A stretch of 10,130 nucleotides of DNA from an uncultured Oscillospiraceae bacterium (GCA_965120355.1 CBCPMX010000055.1:1-10130), one strand, 5' to 3'. Shown: positions 1 to 6,783, counted from the first letter of the stretch. A program made the numbers and translations. The notes: a model not told the origin generated them from the letters alone.

Positions 1-26
1 TCGTGTCGTTCCTGTTCTCTCGCCAT
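1..26 (-). CDS. 5' end of an unidentified CDS that runs off the window edge (N-terminus MAREQERH...)
   Basis: ATG at 24-26 on the minus strand is preceded by GGAGGG (33-38, minus) at about 6-nt spacing, and a TATAAT reads on the minus strand at 53-58. Only 8 codons lie inside the window, so the product is unknown. Confidence 0.3.
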
Positions 27-184
27 TTTTTGCCCTCCTCTACTTCGAGAACTATTATATCATACTTTTATTGACGACACCACCTAACACGTGTAAAAGA
101 AACTTTCAACCTGGGGCGTGTTCAAATCCGCACCGCATCATGCACCGTATACGCCGTCCTGGGAAAAGATTGAGGTAACGAAGC

Positions 185-1051
185 GTGAATGTAAAAATCA
201 TGACTGACAGCAACAGCGGCATCTCTCCCGCCGAAGCCCAGGCCTGGGGTGTCACATTGGTTTCCATGCCTTTTATGATTGACGGGACAGAATATTGGGA
301 AGGCCGCGGCCTGACCCATGAGATGCTGTTTGAAAAAATGGAGGCGGGCGCACAGGTTTCCACCTCCCAGCCCAGCATGGGCGAGGTTCTTTCCATGTGG
401 GACAGCCTGTTGGAGACCTGCGACGAAGTGGTCTACATCCCCATGACCAGCGGCCTGAGCAACTCCATGAGCACTGCCCGCGCACTGGCCGAAGACTATA
501 ACGGCCGCGTCCACGTAGCGGACAATAAGCGTATTTCCGTACCCATGCGCCAATCTGTACTGGACGCTCTGCTCTATGCCCGCAGCGGTATGTCCGGGCA
601 GGAAATCTGCAAGAGGCTGGAGCAGGAGGCGCTGTATCACAGCATCTATATCACCGTGGACAAATTGGACTATCTGAAAAAGGGCGGACGTATTACGCCA
701 GCCACTGCCCTCATCGGCAGCACCTTAAATATCAAGCCCATAATGGCGATCCACGGCGGCAAACTGGATGCCCGCGCCCGGGTCCGCGGTATGAAGCCGG
801 CCCGGGAGTGGATGATTCGCGCCATCCGCCGGGACTACGAAGACGCTTGCGGCGTCTGGCCCGGCCAAATCAAAGTGATGGCCGCCTACAGCGAAACAGA
901 TCCATCCATTCTGGATGGCTGGCTGGCCCAAATTCAAGCGGCCTTTCCCGGCGCCGGGATCGTCCATGATCCCCTGCCCTTGAGCATTTGCTGCCACACC
1001 GGTCCCGGCGCATTGGGTGTCGGCATCTGCTTCGCCGCCACAGAAGCATAA
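185..1051 (+). CDS. DegV-family (fatty-acid-binding, DAK2/DegV fold) protein
   Basis: The 288-aa ORF has the characteristic N-terminal strand VKIMTDSNSGIS (cf. KIAVVTDSTSD in DegV proteins), and its length and composition are typical. It starts at GTG 185 with GAGG at 172-175; the next in-frame ATG at 200 has no RBS. It ends TAA 1049-1051 and is followed by a hairpin. Confidence 0.8.
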   Translation: MNVKIMTDSNSGISPAEAQAWGVTLVSMPFMIDGTEYWEGRGLTHEMLFEKMEAGAQVSTSQPSMGEVLSMWDSLLETCDEVVYIPMTSGLSNSMSTARALAEDYNGRVHVADNKRISVPMRQSVLDALLYARSGMSGQEICKRLEQEALYHSIYITVDKLDYLKKGGRITPATALIGSTLNIKPIMAIHGGKLDARARVRGMKPAREWMIRAIRRDYEDACGVWPGQIKVMAAYSETDPSILDGWLAQIQAAFPGAGIVHDPLPLSICCHTGPGALGVGICFAATEA

Positions 1052-1063
1052 CGAGACAGCAAA

Positions 1064-1103
1064 AATCGGGCAAACCGCAGAATGTGTTGCGGTTTGCCCG
1101 ATT
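1064..1103. terminator. Bidirectional stem-loop between the convergent DegV and AI-2E genes
   Basis: AATCGGGCAAACCGC (1064-1078) pairs perfectly with GCGGTTTGCCCGATT (1089-1103), a 15-bp stem with a 10-nt loop. It is flanked by A-run / TTTTA on the plus side and TTTGCTG on the minus side, and sits between two convergent stop codons. Confidence 0.55.
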
Positions 1104-1164
1104 GATCATTTTAGAAAGCGCGGAATCAAATGGTGGAAGGGTGCAGCATTTCTCCCGCGCCTCC

Positions 1165-2304
1165 TCATGGTTCACTCTCATCCTCTGTCAGCCCCATACG
1201 CCGCCGGATATCCCGCAGCGCCAGCTTACAATCCTCCAATGTTGCGTCAAAAAATCCGCTATGATACAGATTGACCAGAATCATGACCACTACAGGGCCC
1301 AGGATAATGCCGCCGGCGCCCCAGAGTTTCCACCCCAGGAACACACAAATCAACGTGCCGAACACACCGAACTCCGCCCGCTTTTCCATAAAGCGGCGGC
1401 CAAAATACTGCCGTACAATGCGTACCAGCAAATACAGCAGCAGCAATCCCACACCCAGCACCGGTTTCCCACTGAACAGACATACCACGCCCCATGGAAT
1501 TAGGATTGTGCCGCTTCCCACATAAGGCAGAAAGTCCAAAATTCCCATAGCCAGTGCCAGCAGCGCCGCATATCGTACCCCCAAGATCAGCAGGCCCACC
1601 ATATCTACAAAGGTTACAATGACACACAGTGCCAACAGTTTTCCCAAATATTCGCCAAAGGCACCCTTGAGAATATGCTTGACCGTATGGATGGGGTTAT
1701 CCGGATCCTGCGACAGAATATTATTGAGCTTGGTGTGCAGCGCGTCATAGTCTGCCAGAATCAGAAATGTAGCGAATATAAACACGACCACCCCCAGCAG
1801 CACAGAGGGAATCCGTCTGGCATATTCGCCTGCCCAGCTCATCAGATCCGCGCTGAGGGAGTCAACCACACCGGAGATAGCTGACCGCACGGTGTCGGAG
1901 ACCTGCTCAATCAGATTCAATTCATCCTGGCTCAGCCGCCGCATCTGTGAACCGATGTTCTCCAGCCAGTTGATAAAACTCTCGAAGATGGACTGCCAGC
2001 TCTGCCCCAGTTCCATGGTTTCCGTGACGATCCGCCAGCCCAGATATCCCAAAAAAACCGCACTGGCTACGAACATCAAAATGGCAACGAGCATCACAGT
2101 GGTCTTTCGCGGCAGCGAAATCCGTTTCAGCAGCGCTGCTGTCGCCCCGTTCAAAACCCATGCTGCCGCCCCGGCAGCCAGAAACGGCAGCAGCAGCCGC
2201 AAGATCCACACACCAACTGTCAGCAGCAGCGCGATCGCCGCCAGCACCACCAAAACGCGGATCAGCATCCGCCGGTATAATCCGGCGGGAGCCTGCCCGT
2301 TCAT
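1165..2304 (-). CDS. AI-2E family transporter (UPF0118; PerM / sporulation YtvI-like integral membrane protein)
   Basis: The protein is about 380 aa and polytopic, with the GILDFLPYVGSG-type motif and overall AI-2E architecture. I chose the ATG at 2304 (MNGQAPAGLYRR...), 2 nt after the upstream nitroreductase stop (TAA 2307-2309), rather than the ORF-track start at 2376, which would overlap the upstream gene. GGGGA lies 8 nt upstream. Stop is TGA 1165-1167. Confidence 0.85.
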   Translation of the reverse strand: MNGQAPAGLYRRMLIRVLVVLAAIALLLTVGVWILRLLLPFLAAGAAAWVLNGATAALLKRISLPRKTTVMLVAILMFVASAVFLGYLGWRIVTETMELGQSWQSIFESFINWLENIGSQMRRLSQDELNLIEQVSDTVRSAISGVVDSLSADLMSWAGEYARRIPSVLLGVVVFIFATFLILADYDALHTKLNNILSQDPDNPIHTVKHILKGAFGEYLGKLLALCVIVTFVDMVGLLILGVRYAALLALAMGILDFLPYVGSGTILIPWGVVCLFSGKPVLGVGLLLLYLLVRIVRQYFGRRFMEKRAEFGVFGTLICVFLGWKLWGAGGIILGPVVVMILVNLYHSGFFDATLEDCKLALRDIRRRMGLTEDESEP

Positions 2305-2306
2305 AG

Positions 2307-3083
2307 TTATTCCCCACTTTCTATCTTTTGTTCCGGGAACAGGGTCAAGGTCATCTGATAGACATATTTCTTCCACACCGGCGCTGGCTCCAGCTTTTCA
2401 TAGCGAACCCGATAGCCCTGGGCCCTGGCCGCAACCTCAATGTGCGCCATGGCTACACCGGCGTCCACACATTGCATATAGGAAATAGCTGGCAGCTTCA
2501 CAAACTTTGGCGCACGGTACACCGTAATCTGGTTATCAATCGAAGTATACCGAATGGGCTGCATGCCCATACTGGACGGCGCCAGACGTGCCGCTTCAAA
2601 AATGGGGCCCCGGTAGTCTTTCGTAGTCCCCGTCACCAGCGATAACAGCTTCTTCCGCTTGAACTCCGCCGCACTGGTCCGGAACGGTTCTGTGGAGTGG
2701 CCAAAAGCGATGGCAATAATATAGGGCAGCACGCCCTCAAAGTCATTTTCTGCCTCCAGACCGCCCTGCCAACAGGTGGCGATGCCTCTGGTGGTCAGAT
2801 ACAGCACCGCCATTTCCCCCAGGTAGCCTGCATTCTGCAGACAGCCCTTGATCTTCTCGGAGCGAATCACCAGATAATGGGGAGCCTGCAGTCGAGGCAC
2901 ACCGTCCACCACTTTACACATGTCCTCCAGTGGAAGCAGGTCGAAGTTCCAATCAATGCCCGGTTCCGGCACTTCCAGATCCGACAGGAAATCCACCAGG
3001 TCATCCAGAATCTCCTGCTCCACAGGCTCCAAATCATAGCTGCGGATGGACTTCCGCGCCGTGATGGCCTCCATCATTGTCAT
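2307..3083 (-). CDS. Nitroreductase-family (NAD(P)H-flavin oxidoreductase fold) protein
   Basis: The N-terminal signature MMEAITARKSIRSYDLEPV is typical of the nitroreductase family. Start is the ATG at 3083, preceded by TTTGGAGGATTGAGACT (GGAGGA at 8-nt spacing). The ORF-track start at 3194 is a GTG-initiated extension through an A8/T8 run and the promoter, and is unlikely to be real. The gene is 2 nt from the downstream AI-2E gene, so an operon is likely. Confidence 0.8.
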   Translation of the reverse strand: MTMMEAITARKSIRSYDLEPVEQEILDDLVDFLSDLEVPEPGIDWNFDLLPLEDMCKVVDGVPRLQAPHYLVIRSEKIKGCLQNAGYLGEMAVLYLTTRGIATCWQGGLEAENDFEGVLPYIIAIAFGHSTEPFRTSAAEFKRKKLLSLVTGTTKDYRGPIFEAARLAPSSMGMQPIRYTSIDNQITVYRAPKFVKLPAISYMQCVDAGVAMAHIEVAARAQGYRVRYEKLEPAPVWKKYVYQMTLTLFPEQKIESGE

Positions 3084-3128
3084 AGTCTCAATCCTCCAAA
3101 CGCCGCCAATGCGGTGAATGTGTATGAT

Positions 3129-3170
3129 ATATGAAAAGTATACCACATAATTGTGAACAATTCTATCTCC
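3129..3170 (-). promoter_or_regulatory. Putative sigma-A promoter of the nitroreductase/AI-2E operon, with an overlapping inverted repeat
   Basis: On the minus strand an extended -10 reads TGGTATACT (plus 3137-3145). The inverted repeat AATTGTgaACAATT (3149-3162) overlaps the -35/spacer region. An A8/T3 tract (3172-3182) lies just upstream and is UP-element-like. The -35 itself is poor. Confidence 0.4.
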
Positions 3171-3347
3171 GAAAAAAAATTTCCCCCATCCCACGCCCTT
3201 TGCTGCGTATTCTCTCCCATGCTGCAGCTTCAGAATCCGCGTCCCGGTCCTGGTTCTATTCGCCGCAGCAGCACCGGCAACCCCTATCAGGCGTTCCGCT
3301 GGCTTTCCATCCGCCGCTGCATTCCTGCGCCACCAGCTATTTATAGC

Positions 3348-3381
3348 AAAAAAGCGCGCTGCGAACCTGTCCGCAGCGCGC
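3348..3381 (-). terminator. Rho-independent terminator of the HTH-TPR regulator gene
   Basis: The minus strand reads GCGCGCTGCG-gacaggtt-CGCAGCGCGC-TTTTTTGC, a 10-bp GC stem followed by T6. It begins 23 nt after the regulator's TAA (3404-3406). Confidence 0.75.
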
Positions 3382-3403
3382 CCTACCTCGGGACGGAACC
3401 TGA

Positions 3404-4297
3404 TTATTCAATGATTTGCAGCTGCTTCGCCGCATAGTGATAGGCCATCTTAAAGTCCTCCAGCTGCTTGTAGCACTCCTCCAGCATGGCGTAGATACCA
3501 GAAATGAAATACTTGGACCCGGAAGATTGGGCCAGCTTCTCCGCCTGCTCCAATTCATGGGCGGCAGACTCATAGTGTTCGTTCTGAAGCTCCAGCTTCC
3601 CTTTGAGCATCAGGTACTCCGGTTGAAACTCCACAGAGATTTCCGGCATGGCCTCCATATCCCGCTGTGCCTGGGCCGTGTCGCCCTGGGACAGGTGATA
3701 CTGTGCAATGGTCAGGCGGTAGCACTCCTCCAGCCCCTGCTCCTGCTCAGACTGGCGGTAGGCCTCCATGGCATCTTCAAAGCCCTCGCCTCCCTGTTCC
3801 ATACGGCACCGCGCCAACAGCAGCAGCGCCTCAGTGCGAAAGGCAGCGCTGCGGTACATGGTCTGCTCATTGCAGTCCATGGCCAGGCGGATGTTCTTCT
3901 CTGCCTCAACAGGCATCCCGTCGCGCAAGAACTGTTTCCCCAGGCAGATGGCAGCTCTGGCTTTCAGCAGCTCCACCTCTTCCCGGTAGCCGCAATTTTC
4001 CGTGTCGACATGTTCCAGGCAGTCCAGGCAATCCGCATACCGCTCTTCGCGGAATGCGCAGCGGGCTTTCTCAACCGCTTCCGGCGTGACCTCATCGCCA
4101 GCCGCCGTGTCGGACATGAAGTATCCCGCCGGCAGGCCCAGGACGCCTGCAAGATATTCCAATGTTTTTACAGACGGCGTTGCACTGTCATTTTCGATTT
4201 TGGAAAGCATATTCCTTGTAATGTAGTCACCCACGACTTCCTTTTGGGTCATTTTGCGTTCGAGACGCGCTTCTTTTATCTTTTGGCCTAATGTCAT
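3404..4297 (-). CDS. XRE-family HTH transcriptional regulator with C-terminal TPR-like helical repeat domain (RNPP/Rgg-like architecture)
   Basis: N-terminal MTLGQKIKEARLERKMTQKEVVGDYITRNMLSKIEND is a canonical HTH_3/XRE helix-turn-helix. The remaining ~230 aa are alpha-helical and repeat-like (A/L/E/Y-rich, e.g. ...AQYHLSQGDTAQA..., ...YFISGIYAMLEECYKQLEDFKMAYHYAAKQ). I prefer the ATG at 4297 (GGGGAG 7 nt upstream); the alternative ATG at 4312 would add 5 aa (MGSDT). Confidence 0.8.
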   Translation of the reverse strand: MTLGQKIKEARLERKMTQKEVVGDYITRNMLSKIENDSATPSVKTLEYLAGVLGLPAGYFMSDTAAGDEVTPEAVEKARCAFREERYADCLDCLEHVDTENCGYREEVELLKARAAICLGKQFLRDGMPVEAEKNIRLAMDCNEQTMYRSAAFRTEALLLLARCRMEQGGEGFEDAMEAYRQSEQEQGLEECYRLTIAQYHLSQGDTAQAQRDMEAMPEISVEFQPEYLMLKGKLELQNEHYESAAHELEQAEKLAQSSGSKYFISGIYAMLEECYKQLEDFKMAYHYAAKQLQIIE

Positions 4298-4355
4298 GGT
4301 ATCACTCCCCATATGATTCAGTTCCGCCTCCGATTTCGTAATTTATATTCACTTA

Positions 4356-4384
4356 ATGATACCACATCATTCTGCATTTTGCAA
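4356..4384 (-). promoter_or_regulatory. Putative sigma-A promoter of the regulator gene
   Basis: On the minus strand: -35 TTGCAA (plus 4379-4384), a 17-nt spacer, and an extended -10 TGGTATCAT (plus 4356-4364). The inverted repeat ATGATaccacATCAT (4356-4370) overlaps the -10. Confidence 0.45.
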
Positions 4385-4442
4385 CATAAACAAGCAATGT
4401 TTTTGGGGTTTCTGTTTTGAGAAAAATCCTCTTCATGAACTG

Positions 4443-4471
4443 TTGACAAACAACGTCGAATCATGTATAAT
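4443..4471 (+). promoter_or_regulatory. Consensus sigma-A promoter of the nfeD-flotillin operon
   Basis: TTGACA (4443-4448), an exact 17-nt spacer, and TATAAT (4466-4471) preceded by TG. Both hexamers are perfect. The predicted TSS is about 4478, about 86 nt upstream of the NfeD ATG. Confidence 0.7.
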
Positions 4472-4475
4472 TTAG

Positions 4476-4490
4476 GTGAAAATTATTCAC
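4476..4490. promoter_or_regulatory. Perfect palindrome GTGAAaattaTTCAC at the TSS of the nfeD-floT promoter (candidate operator)
   Basis: A 5-bp arm / 5-nt AT spacer inverted repeat begins 4 nt after the -10. The related sequence GTGAATATAAATTAC (plus 4338-4352, read on the minus strand) sits 3 nt after the -10 of the divergent regulator promoter and matches at 11 of 15 positions. Confidence 0.4.
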
Positions 4491-4563
4491 TTCCCGGCAG
4501 CCATCTGTATGTCCGCTGTGAGGAGCAAATTCTGCGCAAAATAACCGGATGGGAGGTATTGCA

Positions 4564-5187
4564 ATGGAACTTTGGTGGCAAACAATTTCTACTTTTGAGC
4601 GGGGACTTTTCCTCATCGGTGCACCGTTCACGCTGATCCTGATCATTCAGACAATTCTGCTGATCTTTGGCCACGGCGGAGACAGTGACCTGGACAGCGA
4701 CACCAGCGGTTTGGACTTGGACACCGGAGAACTGGATCTGGACGCCAGCGCAGATACAGACTTTGACACGCTGGATGGCGTGGACCCCGGTCTTCGCATT
4801 TTTTCTATTCGCGGCATTGTCGGCTTCTTTGCCGTGGGTTGCTGGGCTGGGATCGCAGCGCTGGAAAGCGGCCTGTCCAACACTGTCAGTCTGCTCATCT
4901 CCGTGGCGGCCGGTATTGCTACCATGGTAGCCATTGCAAAACTCCTGTCTGCATTCAACAAGCTTCAGGAGAACGGCACCATGGACCTGCGCACCGCCCT
5001 GGGCAAGACGGCCACCGTATATATTCCCATTCCTGCCGCCCGCAGCGGCGCCGGGAAAGTTACCCTGACCATTTCCGATACCTTTACGGAGATGGAGGCC
5101 ATCACTGACGGAAACACGCTCAAAACCGGTTCCACAGTTCGGGTCACCGACATTCAGGGGAATACACTGGTCGTAGAAGAGTGGTGA
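4564..5187 (+). CDS. NfeD-like membrane protein (short NfeD; YuaF/YqiJ-type flotillin partner) with C-terminal OB-fold-like beta domain
   Basis: Architecture is an N-terminal TM, an acidic loop, two TMs (GIVGFFAVGCWAGIAAL..., LLISVAAGIATMVAIAKLL), then a beta-rich C-terminus (TATVYIPIPAA...GKVTLTISDT...VRVTDIQGNTLVVEEW) typical of NfeD OB domains. It lies immediately upstream of the flotillin gene. Start is the ATG at 4564, with GGGAGG (4551-4556) 7 nt upstream. The ORF-track ATG at 4549 overlaps that RBS. Confidence 0.8.
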   Translation: MELWWQTISTFERGLFLIGAPFTLILIIQTILLIFGHGGDSDLDSDTSGLDLDTGELDLDASADTDFDTLDGVDPGLRIFSIRGIVGFFAVGCWAGIAALESGLSNTVSLLISVAAGIATMVAIAKLLSAFNKLQENGTMDLRTALGKTATVYIPIPAARSGAGKVTLTISDTFTEMEAITDGNTLKTGSTVRVTDIQGNTLVVEEW

Positions 5188-5282
5188 GCCGCGGTATTTT
5201 GCTGATTTGTCATTCCACATTTGCCATTTATGGATTCCACTGACGGCCAATTCCGCCGGTGCCGGAAGAAAGAGAGGTTCTC

Positions 5283-6677
5283 ATGGATTTTATTTCAACT
5301 TTGATTTTAATCTGTGTCATTGTCATTGTGTTTGTCGGCCTGGTCATTGCGGTTCTGTCCCGCTACCGCAAATGCCCCTCCGATAAAATCATGGTCATCT
5401 ATGGTAAAGTGGGCAACGCCACCGACGGTTCTGCCCGTTCGGCACGGTGCCTTCACGGTGGCGCGGCCTTTGTGTGGCCCGTGTTTCAGGCCTACGATTA
5501 TCTGGATCTGACGCCCATTTCCATCAGTGTGGATTTGGAAAATGCCTTGTCCCGTCAGAACATCCGAATTAATGTGCCTTCCCGCTTCACTGTCGGTATC
5601 TCTACAGAACCAACGGTCATGCAGAACGCTGCAGAGCGGCTGTTGGGCCTGAAGCTGGCGGAAGTACAGGAGTTGGCCAAGGATATTATTTTCGGTCAGA
5701 TGCGCCTGATCATCGCCACGATGGATATCGAAGAAATTAACACTGACCGCGATAAGTTCCTGGCCGCCGTATCCTCCAACGTGGAGACAGAGCTGAAAAA
5801 AATTGGCCTGCGGCTCATCAACGTCAACGTTACCGATATTACCGACGAGTCCGGTTACATTGACGCCCTGGGTAAAGAAGCAGCTGCCAAGGCCATCAAT
5901 GACGCCAAGCGGAATGTGGCCGAGCAGGACCGCGACGGCACCGTAGGTGAGGCCGAGGCCCGCAGGGACGAACGCATCTCCGTCTCCAGCGCCAATGCTG
6001 TGGCCATTCAGGGCGAAAACGAAGCCAAAGTTCAAATTGCCAATTCCGACGCACTGCGCCGGGAACAGGAGGCAGAAGCGCTGCGCCGCGCCACCGCTGC
6101 TGAAAAAGTGGCCCAGGCCAAGGCGCTGGAAGAAGCTTATGCCGCTGAAGAAAATGCGGAAAAGAGCCGCGCAGCGCGGGAAGAAGCCACTATGCGCGCG
6201 GACGTATTGGTGAAAGCGGAAATTGAAAAACAGCAGATTGAGATTGCCGCCGAGGCTGAAGCCGAGCGAATCCGCCGGCAGGCGCAAGGCGAAGCGGACG
6301 CCATCTTTGCCAAGATGCAGGCCCAGGCCAACGGATATCAGGAAATTTTGACCAAGCAGGCGCAGGGCTTTGCCCAAATTGTTCAGGCTGCCGGCGGCGA
6401 CGCCAATGCCGCAGTCCAACTCATGATTGCCGATAAGATTGAAGAACTGGTTCGCACCCAGGTGGAGGCCATCAAGAACCTGAATATCGACAAGATCACC
6501 GTCTGGGATTCCATGTCCGGCGAAGGCGGAAGTTCCACCACCTCCAATTTCCTCTCCTCCATTCTGAAGTCTGTCCCCCCCATGAATGAGATGTTTAAAA
6601 TGGCCGGCATGGAGTTGCCCACTTTCCTGGGCAAGGACCAGAGCGATGCCGCACATCCCGAACAGCCTGAAAACTAG
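5283..6677 (+). CDS. floT: Flotillin-family SPFH/Band-7 protein (FloT/YuaG/YqiK-like)
   Basis: An N-terminal TM (LILICVIVIVFVGLVIAVL) is followed by an SPFH domain (IMVIYGKVG...GGAAFVWPVFQ, cf. FloT GGGTFVLPVFQ). A long EA-rich coiled coil follows (AEAEAERIRRQAQGEADA...), and the C-terminus has NIDKITVWDSMSGEGGSS (cf. FloT NIDKITVVDTGGSGESS). Start is the ATG at 5283 with AGAGAGG 5 nt upstream. The ORF-track start at 5259 is a GTG inside that RBS region. Confidence 0.9.
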   Translation: MDFISTLILICVIVIVFVGLVIAVLSRYRKCPSDKIMVIYGKVGNATDGSARSARCLHGGAAFVWPVFQAYDYLDLTPISISVDLENALSRQNIRINVPSRFTVGISTEPTVMQNAAERLLGLKLAEVQELAKDIIFGQMRLIIATMDIEEINTDRDKFLAAVSSNVETELKKIGLRLINVNVTDITDESGYIDALGKEAAAKAINDAKRNVAEQDRDGTVGEAEARRDERISVSSANAVAIQGENEAKVQIANSDALRREQEAEALRRATAAEKVAQAKALEEAYAAEENAEKSRAAREEATMRADVLVKAEIEKQQIEIAAEAEAERIRRQAQGEADAIFAKMQAQANGYQEILTKQAQGFAQIVQAAGGDANAAVQLMIADKIEELVRTQVEAIKNLNIDKITVWDSMSGEGGSSTTSNFLSSILKSVPPMNEMFKMAGMELPTFLGKDQSDAAHPEQPEN

Positions 6678-6710
6678 TTTTTACTCATCTTAGGGCATAT
6701 CTGAAAAAGC

Positions 6711-6742
6711 CAGAAGGCCATGGCGTATGCTATGGCCTTCTG
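6711..6742 (+). terminator. Stem-loop after the flotillin gene (weak terminator or attenuator; no U-tract)
   Basis: CAGAAGGCCAT (6711-6721) and ATGGCCTTCTG (6732-6742) form an 11-bp perfect stem with a 10-nt loop, 34 nt after the flotillin TAG. It is followed by GTAGCGCAG and has no T-run, so read-through into the DUF975 gene is plausible. Confidence 0.35.
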
Positions 6743-6783
6743 TAGCGCAGCTTCTCACTCTTGCCGCCAAAGGAGGGCGTTTT

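Noticed and set aside
106-640. ORFs 122-640(-), 106-396(-), 273-485(-) overlapping the DegV gene
   Set aside because: They are antisense or shadow frames inside a well-supported CDS. Their translations are G/A/P/R-rich low complexity with no RBS.
988-2488. ORFs 988-1503(+), 1017-1274(+), 1271-1525(+), 1259-1627(-), 1675-1884(+), 1892-2488(+), 1922-2317(-)
   Set aside because: All lie within or antisense to the AI-2E permease gene or the convergent terminator region. Their compositions are typical of GC-rich shadow frames.
2328-3134. ORFs 2328-2645(+) and 2697-3134(+) antisense to the nitroreductase
   Set aside because: They are mirror frames of a supported CDS, with no RBS and H/Q/R-rich nonsense translation.
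3084-3194. N-terminal extension of the nitroreductase to the ORF-track start at 3194 (MGWGKFFFGDRIVH...)
   Set aside because: It would start with GTG and translate through an A8/T8 homopolymer and the predicted promoter. The internal ATG at 3083 has a textbook GGAGGA RBS and gives the canonical nitroreductase N-terminus.
3131-3437. ORFs 3131-3346(+) and 3153-3437(+) in the regulator-nitroreductase spacer
   Set aside because: Their translations are P/S/R/C-rich and not protein-like. They have no RBS and run across the regulator's terminator hairpin.
3416-4291. 291-aa ORF on the plus strand antisense to the HTH-TPR regulator, plus 3667-4089(+), 3712-3909(-), 3768-3989(+), 3964-4152(-), 4002-4226(+)
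   Set aside because: These are long mirror ORFs of the kind common in GC-rich coding DNA. The minus-strand frame has the HTH signature, an RBS, a promoter and a terminator; the plus frame is L/Q/R-rich with none of these.
4397-4420. Seven-codon ORF ATG-TTT-TTG-GGG-TTT-CTG-TTT-TGA (MFLGFLF) in the regulator/nfeD intergenic region
   Set aside because: It is tempting as a hydrophobic signalling peptide for the RNPP-like regulator. But it has no RBS, it is far too short for a secreted pro-peptide, and it lies in the 5' flank of the nfeD promoter. I treat it as chance.
4483-5250. ORFs 4483-5250(-), 4647-4961(-), 4667-4930(+), 4839-5108(+), 4965-5153(-), 4461-4646(-) around the NfeD gene
   Set aside because: They are antisense or alternative-frame products, several generated by the GAC/CTG-rich acidic repeat. 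None has an RBS.
5307-6656. 449-aa ORF on the minus strand antisense to the flotillin gene, and 5314-5511(+), 5947-6213(+), 6137-6331(-), 6383-6634(-)
   Set aside because: They mirror the EA-rich coiled-coil region (GCN-rich codons stay open in antisense). The flotillin frame has unmistakable SPFH and flotillin motifs.
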